Below, piece after piece: positions 8,277-16,901 of a DNA stretch of 25,110 nt (the first letter of the stretch is position 1; the number at the start of each line of letters is the position of its first letter). A program made the translations under genes and the position numbers. Source of the stretch: a virus (taxonomy: Duplodnaviria > Heunggongvirae > Uroviricota > Caudoviricetes); IMG/VR virus record IMGVR_UViG_2648501787_000018; one strand, 5' to 3'. The notes under the pieces were generated by a model that ran no database searches, was not told the DNA's origin, and saw only the letters and a program-made list of their open reading frames with translations.

Positions 8277-9329
8277 TTATTTCCCCACCAGTTCACTTAC
8301 CTCTTTCACCGTCTGATTAAACCGCTCTGACTCAAGTTCAACACCTAACGCCCGACGCCCCAGCGCCATTGCTGCTTTTATTGTGGAACCGGATCCCATA
8401 AAGAAATCAGCAACCAGATCACCAGGGCGACTACTGGCATTGATTATTTGCCGGAGCATATCCGCCGGTTTCTCGCACGGATGTTTACCCGGGTAGAACT
8501 GAACGGGTTTATGCGTCCAGACATCGGTATAAGGCACGGAGACTGATACGGAGAAATAGCGCCGGAGAGATTTAAACTCATCCAGCAATTCAGAATATTT
8601 GCGATTCAGTGAATCATAAGATGCCACCAGCTGGTGGTGTGGTTGTTCCAGTTGTTGTTCCTGAAACTTCTCTGCCGCTATACGGGAAAACAGTGCCTGT
8701 AACTTCCGATAGTCAGCCTCATTCGGCAACTGCCACTGACTGGCACCAAACCAGTGGGAAACCATATTTTTCTTACCTGTGGCTTCGGCAATTTGTTTTG
8801 CCGTTATACCCAGTTCGGCACGAGCATCCCTGAAATACGATATCAGCGGTGCCATTATGTGCTGTTTGAGTTCCCTTTCTTTTGCTGCATAGCCGTCACT
8901 TTTGCCGCGATATGGCCCCTGGTAATGTTCAGCAAACAGAACGCGCTCTGTGGCAGGAAAATATGCGCGCAGACTTTCTTTATTACACCCATTCCAACGT
9001 CCGGACGGCTTCGCCCAGATGATATGGTTAAGCACGTTGAAACGTTCACGCATCATGATCTCAATATCAGATGCCAGGCGATGCCCACAGAACAGATAAA
9101 GGCTTCCGGCAGGTTTTAACACCCGCCAGAACTGGGCCAGACAGTGGTCCAGCCACTTAAGGTAATCTTCGTCCCCTTTCCACTGATTGTCCCAACCGTT
9201 GGGTTTCACCTTGAAGTACGGCGGATCGGTAACAATCAGGTCAATGGAATCATCAGGCAGGGACTGAATAAAATGCAGGCAATCAGCGTTGATTAAATCA
9301 ACACTGTTTATTTTTACAGTATTTTTCAT
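8277..9329 (-). CDS. DNA methyltransferase, beta-class amino-MTase (N6-adenine or N4-cytosine), orphan
   Basis: 350 aa; catalytic motif IV (IVTDPPYF) near the N-terminus and AdoMet motif I (ADFFMGSGST) near the C-terminus, the beta-class order. No restriction endonuclease gene adjacent. Confidence 0.8.
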   Translation of the reverse strand: MKNTVKINSVDLINADCLHFIQSLPDDSIDLIVTDPPYFKVKPNGWDNQWKGDEDYLKWLDHCLAQFWRVLKPAGSLYLFCGHRLASDIEIMMRERFNVLNHIIWAKPSGRWNGCNKESLRAYFPATERVLFAEHYQGPYRGKSDGYAAKERELKQHIMAPLISYFRDARAELGITAKQIAEATGKKNMVSHWFGASQWQLPNEADYRKLQALFSRIAAEKFQEQQLEQPHHQLVASYDSLNRKYSELLDEFKSLRRYFSVSVSVPYTDVWTHKPVQFYPGKHPCEKPADMLRQIINASSRPGDLVADFFMGSGSTIKAAMALGRRALGVELESERFNQTVKEVSELVGK

Positions 9330-9479
9330 GGATCAGTAAGCGTAACTCTGGTAGGCTCACTCTGCTTTTGCGCTAAAGCAGTGGGCCGTGGTTCGCTTGT
9401 GACCAGTAAGCATGAGCGAATGGCTGGCAGGTGCTACCAACACCCACCAGCCGCCCATTTTCACAGCAGGAAACCGCCA

Positions 9480-9707
9480 TTACTGGCAGCGTCTGAATTT
9501 ATTCCCGTACCCGCCGTTATCCTTCGCCAGCCCCGCCAGAACTAACTGAGTCAGTATTAACTGGCACCGGGCTTCGCTTACTCCGGTAGTTCTCGTCATC
9601 ATGCGTGGCGTTACCCACTTGTCAGCAGGTAAGAAATGAAGGACTGCGGCGGCGGTTTCTGTCATATCTTGCTGTTTTAGCATGTCTTTTTCCCTTCTGG
9701 TTAACAT
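9480..9707 (-). CDS. Hypothetical small protein (75 aa or shorter)
   Basis: Track ORF between a tR'-like terminator and the methyltransferase; weak RBS; alternative starts at Met9 and Met15. Possibly HTH-like; not recognised. Confidence 0.3.
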   Translation of the reverse strand: MLTRREKDMLKQQDMTETAAAVLHFLPADKWVTPRMMTRTTGVSEARCQLILTQLVLAGLAKDNGGYGNKFRRCQ

Positions 9708-9802
9708 GACATACCAATAACTCTTGTCTAAAAAGCCAGCAAGATAAAAAGTCAGTATTCACGACCACCAGCGTGTTTACTGTACTGCACCAAGTTTACA
9801 GG

Positions 9803-9829
9803 TACAAAAAACCCGCTCAGTGGCGGGTT
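9803..9829 (-). terminator. Rho-independent terminator (tR'-like) in the late operon
   Basis: Hairpin AACCCGC-n6-GCGGGTT; on the minus strand it is followed by TTTTT. Confidence 0.5.
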
Positions 9830-9959
9830 TAAGTTGTGTGGCGAAGTAACCACTCTTAACACACTAATAGCATTTTTGTTATAACACAAGTAGCTCATTC
9901 AGTATTTTTAGAATCTTGACTTTCTTAAGCACGGCGAACTCTGAATACCAAACATAAAA

Positions 9960-10577
9960 TCAATTATCTTCCAGGCCGGATGCTATCAACGAAAGTCTCT
10001 CAAAAAACGCTGTAGCAGCCTTGTCCAAAGTTGAATAAGTACTGTATTCTCCGTGTTCGGGACCAACCACTACCCATGGTCGTCTTTTTGGGATTCGGGA
10101 TTTCTCAGAAATCACTGTTCCAGATATACCAATATCAATTGTTACACCTGTTATTATTTTCTCTTCATCTCTTTCCCTGAACTCAATTGCCATAAATGCC
10201 GTTTTTTTTCGTTTCCCGTTTTTAAAAAAATCAAATAAAGCAAAGCGATGCTCATTAAAATCAACACCCCATCGTCCTTCAGGATAAAGGGCATGAAAGT
10301 TGTCATTTACGCTCTGCATCGTCTCATAAGCTTTAACTTCTAAATCTCCATAGTGCATAGATACCGCGCAGGAGTTACTGGGTAACTGTATTTTCCCAAG
10401 ATTGAAAACCTTTACTGCTCCAGAACTATGGCATCTTGCCCGCAACTTATCCCCATTTATACTAATCGGAGAAATATTCCTTAATGTTCCGGGCTGGCTC
10501 CCTCCTAAGTAAACGACTGTTAAAGATTGCTTATTTTCAATTGCATCAACTAATACATGCTCTACATTTTTATCCAT
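9960..10577 (-). CDS. Hypothetical protein (about 205 aa) with WYL-like N-terminal motif; AT-rich moron between Q and the lysis genes
   Basis: Best start is ATG 10577-10575 with GGGAGG 6 nt upstream; the track's upstream ATG at 10604 lacks an RBS. LTVVYLGGSQPGTLRNISPISINGDKLRARCHSSGAVKVFNLGKIQL resembles the WYL-domain pattern (Y...R.i.P..l....a.c....F.L..I). C-terminal 120 aa unrecognised. Confidence 0.5.
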   Translation of the reverse strand: MDKNVEHVLVDAIENKQSLTVVYLGGSQPGTLRNISPISINGDKLRARCHSSGAVKVFNLGKIQLPSNSCAVSMHYGDLEVKAYETMQSVNDNFHALYPEGRWGVDFNEHRFALFDFFKNGKRKKTAFMAIEFRERDEEKIITGVTIDIGISGTVISEKSRIPKRRPWVVVGPEHGEYSTYSTLDKAATAFFERLSLIASGLEDN

Positions 10578-10652
10578 AATAACCTCCCAATGAACAGGTA
10601 TCATCAGGAGGTTATTATAAAATATGATTATTTACTTTGATTGAATTTATTA
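10578..10652 (-). promoter_or_regulatory. Putative late promoter (pR'-like) region immediately downstream of Q
   Basis: Minus strand contains TATAAT with an upstream TTCAAT at about 20 bp spacing; position matches lambda pR'. Not a strong consensus. Confidence 0.3.
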
Positions 10653-11024
10653 CTATATGTAACAATCAATTTCTAAAGATACCCCCAACATTGCCAGACA
10701 ACCGTCAATAAACCCTTCAGCTTTCTGCAGTCTGATAACAACCTGATTAAGTGATATCCCCAGTTTTACCCCCAACGCCCGTAATGTAACCCCATACACA
10801 TAATACATTTCCAGTAATTCGTATTGATACGGTTCCTTTTTCTTAAGAACTGTCATCGCAGAGCTAATGATCAGGCCATCGTCATCGCTACATTGCGGGC
10901 GGGATTTTACTTTCGAAGAAATTAATCCCTTAAAACCTGCAGCAACAGATGACCATTCCACATCCTCGTGATTATTTGCCACCCATGCCCCCCAACGTTC
11001 AAGAACCATTTGAATATCACGCAT
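10653..11024 (-). CDS. Late-gene antiterminator Q (QuuD/Q82-like small Q family)
   Basis: MRDIQMVLERWGAWVANNHEDVEWSSVAAGFKGLISSKVKSRPQCSDDDG matches what I recall of E. coli QuuD. ATG at 11024 has GGAG 8 nt upstream; the track's TTG at 11039 is less likely. Confidence 0.8.
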   Translation of the reverse strand: MRDIQMVLERWGAWVANNHEDVEWSSVAAGFKGLISSKVKSRPQCSDDDGLIISSAMTVLKKKEPYQYELLEMYYVYGVTLRALGVKLGISLNQVVIRLQKAEGFIDGCLAMLGVSLEIDCYI

Positions 11025-11041
11025 CAACTTTCTCCACAAAA

Positions 11042-12037
11042 TCAGGCCAGCACGCCTATTGCCAGCGCACGATCGATAAAACGAAATATCAGCTCCAGCT
11101 GGGAGCCATACTTCTCTTCAAATGCCACGGTATCCGCATGCAGCTCGTCGTGATGCTTTCTGCACAAAGGCAACACAAAAAGGTCATGCGCTTTTGTAGC
11201 CATTCCACCCTGACCGTGACCTATCAGGTGGTGGGGATCATCAGCAGGCTTTCCACAACATGCACACGGCTGTGTCTTAACCCAGCGCGTGTACTTTTCA
11301 TTAACCCAGCGGCGACGTTTTGGGCGTAACATAAAAGACTCCGGCGACTCCGGATCCACTTTCAGCGCCAGCACCTTTTTCGCTTTATCCTGGATGATGC
11401 TGGTGGCAGGAACCGAAGGCACAAGGTCACTTTCCCGGGTGACAGACGGCACAACAGGCTTCGGTAATCTCAGTGCCTTACGGGCTGCACTTTCCGGTAA
11501 GGCATCCGCCAGGTCATTACGAATCAGCCACCAGCACAGTTCCGGCATTGTCACAACGTGACTGTCATCAAAACCGAGATCCCGACGCACAACAGACAAC
11601 ACCCAGCGGGTACAGTTATCCGTTGCCATTGATTCCAGTCGTTCCGTGAACTGATCGCGCAGCTGGTTATCGCAGTGCCAGCACAGACGGATTGCGCCCG
11701 GCGCGTGTCGCATTGTTGTCATGTTCTCGCTGTGCCAGTCGGAATGAGGCCACTGGCAGCCTTTTTCACGAAGTAACCAGCTTTCAAGACATTCCACGCC
11801 ACCAGCACGACGGATCACTGCCTCATTGCGGAACACGGCCCGAACGGCAGGATCATCCGCCAGCGGTTGTGATGCCGCCGGAACGGCACCACTGGCGAAA
11901 GATGAATAACGTTCCGGCTCAGGCTCCAGCAGGACACGCCCCTGCATAAACAGGGGCATCAGCTCTGAACCTGGCCTGAACAATACGATCCCCATACGCG
12001 GGGCAATTTCAGGGGTCAGTAGCGCTCTCACGGTCAC
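11042..12037 (-). CDS. DUF968-family phage protein (YdfU-like) with C-terminal Cys/His-rich HNH-like motif
   Basis: 331 aa; C-terminal ...CACCGKPADDPHHLIGHGQGGMATKAHDLFVLPLCRKHHDELH. Sits before Q as in Qin/DLP12-type nin regions. Start uncertain (GTG at 12037 or ATG at 11995). Confidence 0.6.
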   Translation of the reverse strand: MTVRALLTPEIAPRMGIVLFRPGSELMPLFMQGRVLLEPEPERYSSFASGAVPAASQPLADDPAVRAVFRNEAVIRRAGGVECLESWLLREKGCQWPHSDWHSENMTTMRHAPGAIRLCWHCDNQLRDQFTERLESMATDNCTRWVLSVVRRDLGFDDSHVVTMPELCWWLIRNDLADALPESAARKALRLPKPVVPSVTRESDLVPSVPATSIIQDKAKKVLALKVDPESPESFMLRPKRRRWVNEKYTRWVKTQPCACCGKPADDPHHLIGHGQGGMATKAHDLFVLPLCRKHHDELHADTVAFEEKYGSQLELIFRFIDRALAIGVLA

Positions 12038-12038
12038 C

Positions 12039-12848
12039 TCAATGAACGGTATCGAGCAGCTTTAACAGCTCAGGGAACCGGGATTCGAAGAAATGCGGCT
12101 GCGTCTCGCGCGGATTTGCGGGACTGGTGATGTTCTTGCCGAACATGCAGCCTTTCGCTGTCAGCGACCAGAATTTTTTGATGTTGTTAATCGCAGTGCG
12201 GCTGTATCGTTCACGTTGTTCAACGATCCCCAGCTTCGCCATCTGGTGATATGCCTGATTAGCTGTCAGGCGGATACCATACTGCTTCAGCAGTGCACTC
12301 AGTGACAGCGTGGGGCGGCTTGAGCCATCAGGCGCGTCAGCAGGAGCATCAATGGCATAGCGCGGTGCCAGATTCGGTAAGCCAACAGCCTCCTGGAGTT
12401 TCTGACAGGCACCAAGCACTGAAGAGTTAGACAGGTTTAATTCCCGGCGCATAAAGTCCAGCAGAATCACACCAGCCTGCATCTTGTCAGCAGCCTGTCC
12501 GGATAATTTTTCCGGTGCGCTGGTTACCATGTCGAAAGTACGGATCACCTTCAGATGGAATGACGGGCTGATCCACATTGCATAGGCATACACCAGTTCC
12601 TTGCAGACATACGTTCCCCGTTCATTTCCCCCATGAATCACACTCACCGGGTCAACACCCAAATTCTGGGTGTTGGTCAATTCATGAACAAGCTCAACAG
12701 TTTGTTGGCTGGAAAGAAACTTTCCTGGCTCCTTGGTTCTGGCATTTGCACCAGATGCTACTGCTGCGCGATGCAGATCGTTCAGGCTGTAACGCCCATA
12801 AGCATCACGACGAACTTCAATACCATCAATGACCATCAGATTATTCAT
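12039..12848 (-). CDS. KilA-N domain protein (antirepressor-like)
   Basis: N-terminal 105 aa with GGNERGTYVCKELVYAYAMWISPSFHLKVIRTF is a clear KilA-N signature. GAGGAG RBS upstream of ATG 12848. Confidence 0.75.
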   Translation of the reverse strand: MNNLMVIDGIEVRRDAYGRYSLNDLHRAAVASGANARTKEPGKFLSSQQTVELVHELTNTQNLGVDPVSVIHGGNERGTYVCKELVYAYAMWISPSFHLKVIRTFDMVTSAPEKLSGQAADKMQAGVILLDFMRRELNLSNSSVLGACQKLQEAVGLPNLAPRYAIDAPADAPDGSSRPTLSLSALLKQYGIRLTANQAYHQMAKLGIVEQRERYSRTAINNIKKFWSLTAKGCMFGKNITSPANPRETQPHFFESRFPELLKLLDTVH

Positions 12849-12867
12849 ACTTCGTTTCTCCTCTTAA

Positions 12868-13257
12868 TCAGGCGGCTGCACCCGCCGTTTTCTCGTACTT
12901 ACTGATAGTGATCTCGACCTTCCCTTTCGGGATAACCGGTCCCCACTCCACCAGCATTCTTTTCACCTGTCTGTCGTCTTCCCACACACCCGCGTGGGTC
13001 AGGGCGTCAAACAGCGCCTTGTTATAGTTGTCCAGATCACGGATCCGGTTATCCGGCGGAAACAACACGATCTCCACTGAAGCAGGTGCCGACGTTGGTT
13101 TCGGCAGACGACGTAACTGCTCAACTATTGCTGCGCACGCCGCGCTCTGAAATTTTCGCCCCGCCTCGCTTATCAGGCTCTTACCAGCAAATGCCCCTTT
13201 GTTGGGGTGTCGCCAGTACGTGTTCACACTGGGCGGGAAAGGAAGGATCAACTTCAT
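12868..13257 (-). CDS. rusA: Holliday-junction resolvase RusA
   Basis: 129 aa; LPFPPSVNTYWRH ... RDLDNYNKALFDALTHAGVWEDDRQV matches the RusA family. Start overlaps upstream stop (ATGA). Confidence 0.85.
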   Translation of the reverse strand: MKLILPFPPSVNTYWRHPNKGAFAGKSLISEAGRKFQSAACAAIVEQLRRLPKPTSAPASVEIVLFPPDNRIRDLDNYNKALFDALTHAGVWEDDRQVKRMLVEWGPVIPKGKVEITISKYEKTAGAAA

Positions 13258-13580
13258 ACTTTCAGGCCCCTCTCATGTAACCAGTGGGCTGCACGCAACC
13301 TGGCGCTCTCCTCACTGGCAAGCAGTGCGCGGATGATACCGACCGCTTCGCTGTCGTCGTCCTTCACTGCGGTATGAAGCGTGATCCCCCGGGCCACGCC
13401 ACGCTTTATCGTGATGACGCCTTTTTTCTCCAGTGCGCGAAGATGCTCCACCGCTGCATTCACTGAACGGTATCCCAGCATGGTTGCCACCTCCTGATTG
13501 GTTGGCGGAAAGCCACGCTCTTGCTGGTAAGAAATCAGCATATCCAGCACCTGCTGCTGGCATTGAGTTAACGTCGTCAT
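13254..13580 (-). CDS. LexA DNA-binding-domain-only protein (no S24 peptidase domain)
   Basis: LTQCQQQVLDMLISYQQERGFPPTNQEVATMLGYRSVNAAVEHLRALEKKGVI parallels the LexA N-terminal winged HTH; the protein ends after about 108 aa with no Ser/Lys protease motifs. Confidence 0.7.
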   Translation of the reverse strand: MTTLTQCQQQVLDMLISYQQERGFPPTNQEVATMLGYRSVNAAVEHLRALEKKGVITIKRGVARGITLHTAVKDDDSEAVGIIRALLASEESARLRAAHWLHERGLKV

Positions 13581-14230
13581 GCCGCCATCTCCCTGACAAG
13601 TTTTTCTGCCTGCTGGCGAACCTGCGCCAGAAACGCCTCACCACATGCCTCAAGTTCATCGCGCCCGATGTAGCTGATTGCCGGTCCCTTCCAGGTCTTG
13701 TCGAAAACAGCAATAGCACCAGCGAAGAAAGCGCCTGTCGGCACCTGCTTCTCGTCCTTCGGGATAAACCAGGCTGGCAGTTCAAAACCAATACGCCCGC
13801 GAATAAAAGCAATATGGTCTGCATCTTCCGGCCACCACACTTCGCTGGTGGCAGCTTTGATCAGGAAAACATAGCGCCCGCCTTTATCACGCATAGCACT
13901 GGCATGTTTCATGATGTAACGCATGCCGGTGATGTATTGCCCCTCATGCTGACTGGCGCGGCTGTACGGGGGATTACCAAAGGCAGCACCTTTAAGCTCC
14001 GCAAGACGTTCTGACCAGTCATGCGCCAGCGCGTTGTCTTCCGCAGTGTAATAAGCGGCACATTTGGCGTTATCACCATCAGTAAACAGATCCAGAACAA
14101 ACGGGCCAAACAGGGTGTTAATTCCCCAGAAAATGTTGTCCGGCGTGCGCCACTGATCGCCCACTTCCTTCAGTTCATGGGCTGGTTTGTTCCGCAACTC
14201 CACCAGCGCCTGGCAATATTTATTACTCAT
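13577..14230 (-). CDS. Phage N6-adenine DNA methyltransferase (phage Dam family)
   Basis: DQWRTPDNIF ... AFGNPPYS motifs. ATG at 14230-14228 overlaps the upstream stop (TAATG); the track's longer start at 14263 would overlap the upstream gene. Confidence 0.8.
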   Translation of the reverse strand: MSNKYCQALVELRNKPAHELKEVGDQWRTPDNIFWGINTLFGPFVLDLFTDGDNAKCAAYYTAEDNALAHDWSERLAELKGAAFGNPPYSRASQHEGQYITGMRYIMKHASAMRDKGGRYVFLIKAATSEVWWPEDADHIAFIRGRIGFELPAWFIPKDEKQVPTGAFFAGAIAVFDKTWKGPAISYIGRDELEACGEAFLAQVRQQAEKLVREMAA

Positions 14231-14718
14231 TAAGCCCCCACGTAATTCCCTGACAGATACCACTCTTCACCCGATACAGCGCGCTTGCTGCTTTTCCGTA
14301 AACACCGCTCACGACGCGCAAGAAAATTGTTTCGCTCTTGCTGGGAGTGGCTTTCACGGAATGCCGCCATCCACACCGTTGCAGCACGACGGTATAAGCC
14401 CCTGGACTCCAGTTCTTCCGCCAGGCGGGTCAGGCACAAAATCACCCGGGGATCGTTAGTGCCGACATAGAAATTGCGCACAGGTCTGGATTCACGAACT
14501 GGTTGCGGTTCCGGCTCCTGCGGTATCTCAGTCAGCCGCGGGAAATTTCTGCGTGTATCCCCTTCACAACGGTGAGCCACACGCCCACTCTGACGTAACT
14601 TGCTTGCTGACTGCAGAACGCGCTGTCGTGAGTAACCTGCAAAAGCATCCGCAATGTCTCCGGAAGTACATCCCGGATGGGCTTCAATGAATTTCTGAAC
14701 GTCATTCAAAAGACTCAT
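14230..14718 (-). CDS. Putative PerC/ANR-like transcriptional regulator (tentative)
   Basis: N-terminal HTH-like segment and LAEELESRGLYRRAATVWMAAF, reminiscent of PerC-family phage regulators. Assignment from memory, low certainty. Confidence 0.4.
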   Translation of the reverse strand: MSLLNDVQKFIEAHPGCTSGDIADAFAGYSRQRVLQSASKLRQSGRVAHRCEGDTRRNFPRLTEIPQEPEPQPVRESRPVRNFYVGTNDPRVILCLTRLAEELESRGLYRRAATVWMAAFRESHSQQERNNFLARRERCLRKSSKRAVSGEEWYLSGNYVGA

Positions 14719-14720
14719 GA

Positions 14721-15539
14721 TCACCCCCTGAATCCTACCGGGATCTGGCTGTAGTCCACATTGTCGTAACTGGCTTTGAAGTACGGGTCCTCGCGTCTGG
14801 CTGCAGATACCGCAGGAACTTCCCAGGATTCTTCGAAATGACGATCCGGACCAAAGAACGTGACAGCCTGTTTCACAAATTGTGTGCCGCTGTTACCCAT
14901 CGCAGATACCCAGCCCGCGTAGCGTTTCACACCTTCCAGCATGGTTTCGGGGTTTACCCCCTCATTCAAACGGGCTTTCCAGGCTTTGAAGGCTGCAGAT
15001 TTTGAATTGCCACCAGCACGTTTGGGATATACCAGCCATGCCTGCTCAAACTCCGGAGAGTATTCCGGTCGGTTTGAACGAACTCGCACAGACTCATCAG
15101 CAGATGCACCAACAGCTATTGGTTCATTGACTGGTTCTTTGACTGGTTCAAAAGAGTGACTGGTTCTGGGTGAATCTCCTGCACTACCCCCTGGTGCAAC
15201 TCCTGCACTACCTGGTGAATTTGCTGCACCAGATAGTGAATTATTTGCACTACCCCCTAGTGAATCTCCTGCACCATCCAGATGAAGGAGATAGATATTA
15301 CTTGAGTTACCTTTTTCACCTTTCCGGGTGACTTTTTTTACCAGCCCGGACTCACAAAGGGCCGCAATATGATTCATCACAGAACGTTTGCTAATCTCGC
15401 ACTGGTCAGCAATATGCTGGTAGCTGGGCCAGCACTCCCCCTGATCGCTGGCATTATCAGCCAGCTTGATCAGAACCAGTTTTCGCAATGGATTTCCCAC
15501 TCGAATTTTCATCGCTTTAACCATCAGCTCCATACTCAT
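14721..15539 (-). CDS. Replication initiator (O-like; N-terminal wHTH, Gly/Ser-rich linker, YfdO-type C-terminus)
   Basis: 272 aa; HTH in first 70 aa (WPSYQHIADQCEISKRSVMNHIAALCESGLV); coding region contains the iteron array; C-terminal EFEQAWLVYPKR...FKAWKARL resembles phage replication proteins. Start overlaps upstream stop (ATGA). Confidence 0.7.
   Translation of the reverse strand: MSMELMVKAMKIRVGNPLRKLVLIKLADNASDQGECWPSYQHIADQCEISKRSVMNHIAALCESGLVKKVTRKGEKGNSSNIYLLHLDGAGDSLGGSANNSLSGAANSPGSAGVAPGGSAGDSPRTSHSFEPVKEPVNEPIAVGASADESVRVRSNRPEYSPEFEQAWLVYPKRAGGNSKSAAFKAWKARLNEGVNPETMLEGVKRYAGWVSAMGNSGTQFVKQAVTFFGPDRHFEESWEVPAVSAARREDPYFKASYDNVDYSQIPVGFRG
15128..15274. repeat. Replication-origin iterons inside the initiator gene
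   Basis: Five copies of GTGAAT(C/T)T(C/G)CTGCAC-like 15-mers at 15170, 15194, 15215, 15236, 15260 (spacing 21-24 bp), preceded by three copies of TGACTGGTTC (15128-15166). Confidence 0.6.
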
Positions 15540-15760
15540 GCAGCACCTCCGAGATGCTTCATGTTTTTTCCGGAGCGAAAGGCTATAAGCGGCATACTGA
15601 CGCGGTAATTACGGCCCAGCGGTTCACAAACCACCTTCTGACATTCACGGTCAACCAGGCTAACACGTAGAACATGCCCTGCAGGCGTGGTGTACCACTG
15701 ACCCGGACGAGGACAACGGAAAGTCTGATTGGTAAAACGTTTGAAAATATTCCGGATCAT
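15536..15760 (-). CDS. Hypothetical small protein (74 aa)
   Basis: Track ORF; both ends overlap neighbours in ATGA fashion, consistent with a real co-translated gene. No motif recognised. Confidence 0.4.
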   Translation of the reverse strand: MIRNIFKRFTNQTFRCPRPGQWYTTPAGHVLRVSLVDRECQKVVCEPLGRNYRVSMPLIAFRSGKNMKHLGGAA

Positions 15761-16302
15761 TTGCGCCCCCTTACCTCTGAAGAGTTCAGCGACGAATGAA
15801 TAAGACGGGCAAGAAATGCCGCATCGTTAATTCGGTCATACAGACTTACAGCCAGCGGTGATTCAGCTTTTTCCAGCATGGGATAAAGCTGCTGCAACCA
15901 GACCTGATGAATTGATGAAATGTAGGAATAGAGAACGCTGGCGTTATGTGCAACGTCGCTCGGTACAGAGGGCTTTGAAAGCTGTTTCTCCATCTGGTTA
16001 AAGGCATTGATGTATGCCTCTTTGAACTGGGCAGCACGTTTACCCGTGAAACCCATAGCAAGAAACGCAAAGCCATCGCGGGTTATTTGATAGCAAGGTA
16101 GTTTGCGGCCTGAAGCGTCGATATAACCACTTAACACAAAATTGTGTTCAGCAAATTCAGCGGAGCATTCAAGGTTTCGAATTCTATCTAAAACCCGCTC
16201 ATGCCGTTTAGTAAAGTAGTTAGCAACTGCAAGAGATGTAGTGACAGCACGACCATTGATGATCGTGATTTCAGGGTGAACAAAGGTTGGGATCGTAGCC
16301 AT
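15757..16302 (-). CDS. Rha-family phage regulatory protein (about 181 aa); the same frame stays open upstream to 16905
   Basis: ITIINGRAVTTSLAVANYFTKRHERVLDRIRNL ... YQITRDGFAFLAMGFTGKRAAQFKEAYINAFNQME matches the Rha domain. ATG at 16302-16300 has GAGG 8 nt upstream. The track ORF (382 aa) adds 201 upstream codons of atypical composition. Confidence 0.7.
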   Translation of the reverse strand: MATIPTFVHPEITIINGRAVTTSLAVANYFTKRHERVLDRIRNLECSAEFAEHNFVLSGYIDASGRKLPCYQITRDGFAFLAMGFTGKRAAQFKEAYINAFNQMEKQLSKPSVPSDVAHNASVLYSYISSIHQVWLQQLYPMLEKAESPLAVSLYDRINDAAFLARLIHSSLNSSEVRGRK

Positions 16303-16901
16303 AATGGCAGCCTCGGTAGCAAGCTTAAAAAACTCACCACATAAGACGCCAATCATAGAGGTGGTGAGACGTACAGAGTTGGCGTTACCGGCGGCTACCC
16401 TTACCGGCGCATCTTGCGATGCCCCTGTACGCCCCACCATAATTTGGGCGTGACAAAATAATGCGTACAAAAAAACCGCATCTACGCGGTTGTACGCGGT
16501 AGCCTTCTCCAGGACGCCAATCCCGGCACCCGCTTTATAAGGTGCCTGAACAGTGTAACGTCCCGGAATGGCAGAATCAATGTGCTGGTGGTCCTTCACA
16601 CTCAACAAAATCACGCCTGAATTTCCACAAAGGACTAAAGCACTCATGCGGGTAGTCTTTGCGAAGATAGATAACGCGCTGTGTTTCTGGCTCCCAACGA
16701 ATAACATGGACATAAAGCCCTCTTCCGTCACGAAACCAGCGGTTAAGTTCCTGCACAACTCGCCCCCCACAGTCAGGTAAAGTTCTCTGTGGTTACTTAC
16801 AGCCAGGTGATTTGGTAATCTGCATTCATGCCGTAACAACAGGTGTTCAGCGACACTGACCACCAGCTGTTGCGACAAACGGTTATTTGCCGTTAAACTG
16901 T

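Noticed and set aside
13312-14014. Long overlapping ORFs (170 aa minus, 193 aa plus) across the Dam/LexA-like region
   Set aside because: Overlap genes with recognisable motifs in another frame; low-complexity Arg/Ser-rich translations typical of off-frame reading of GC-rich coding DNA.
15128-15274. Direct repeats considered as a possible CRISPR array
   Set aside because: Repeats are 15 bp, imperfect, spaced about 21-24 bp and lie inside the replication initiator gene; this matches ori iterons, not repeat-spacer structure. No cas genes.
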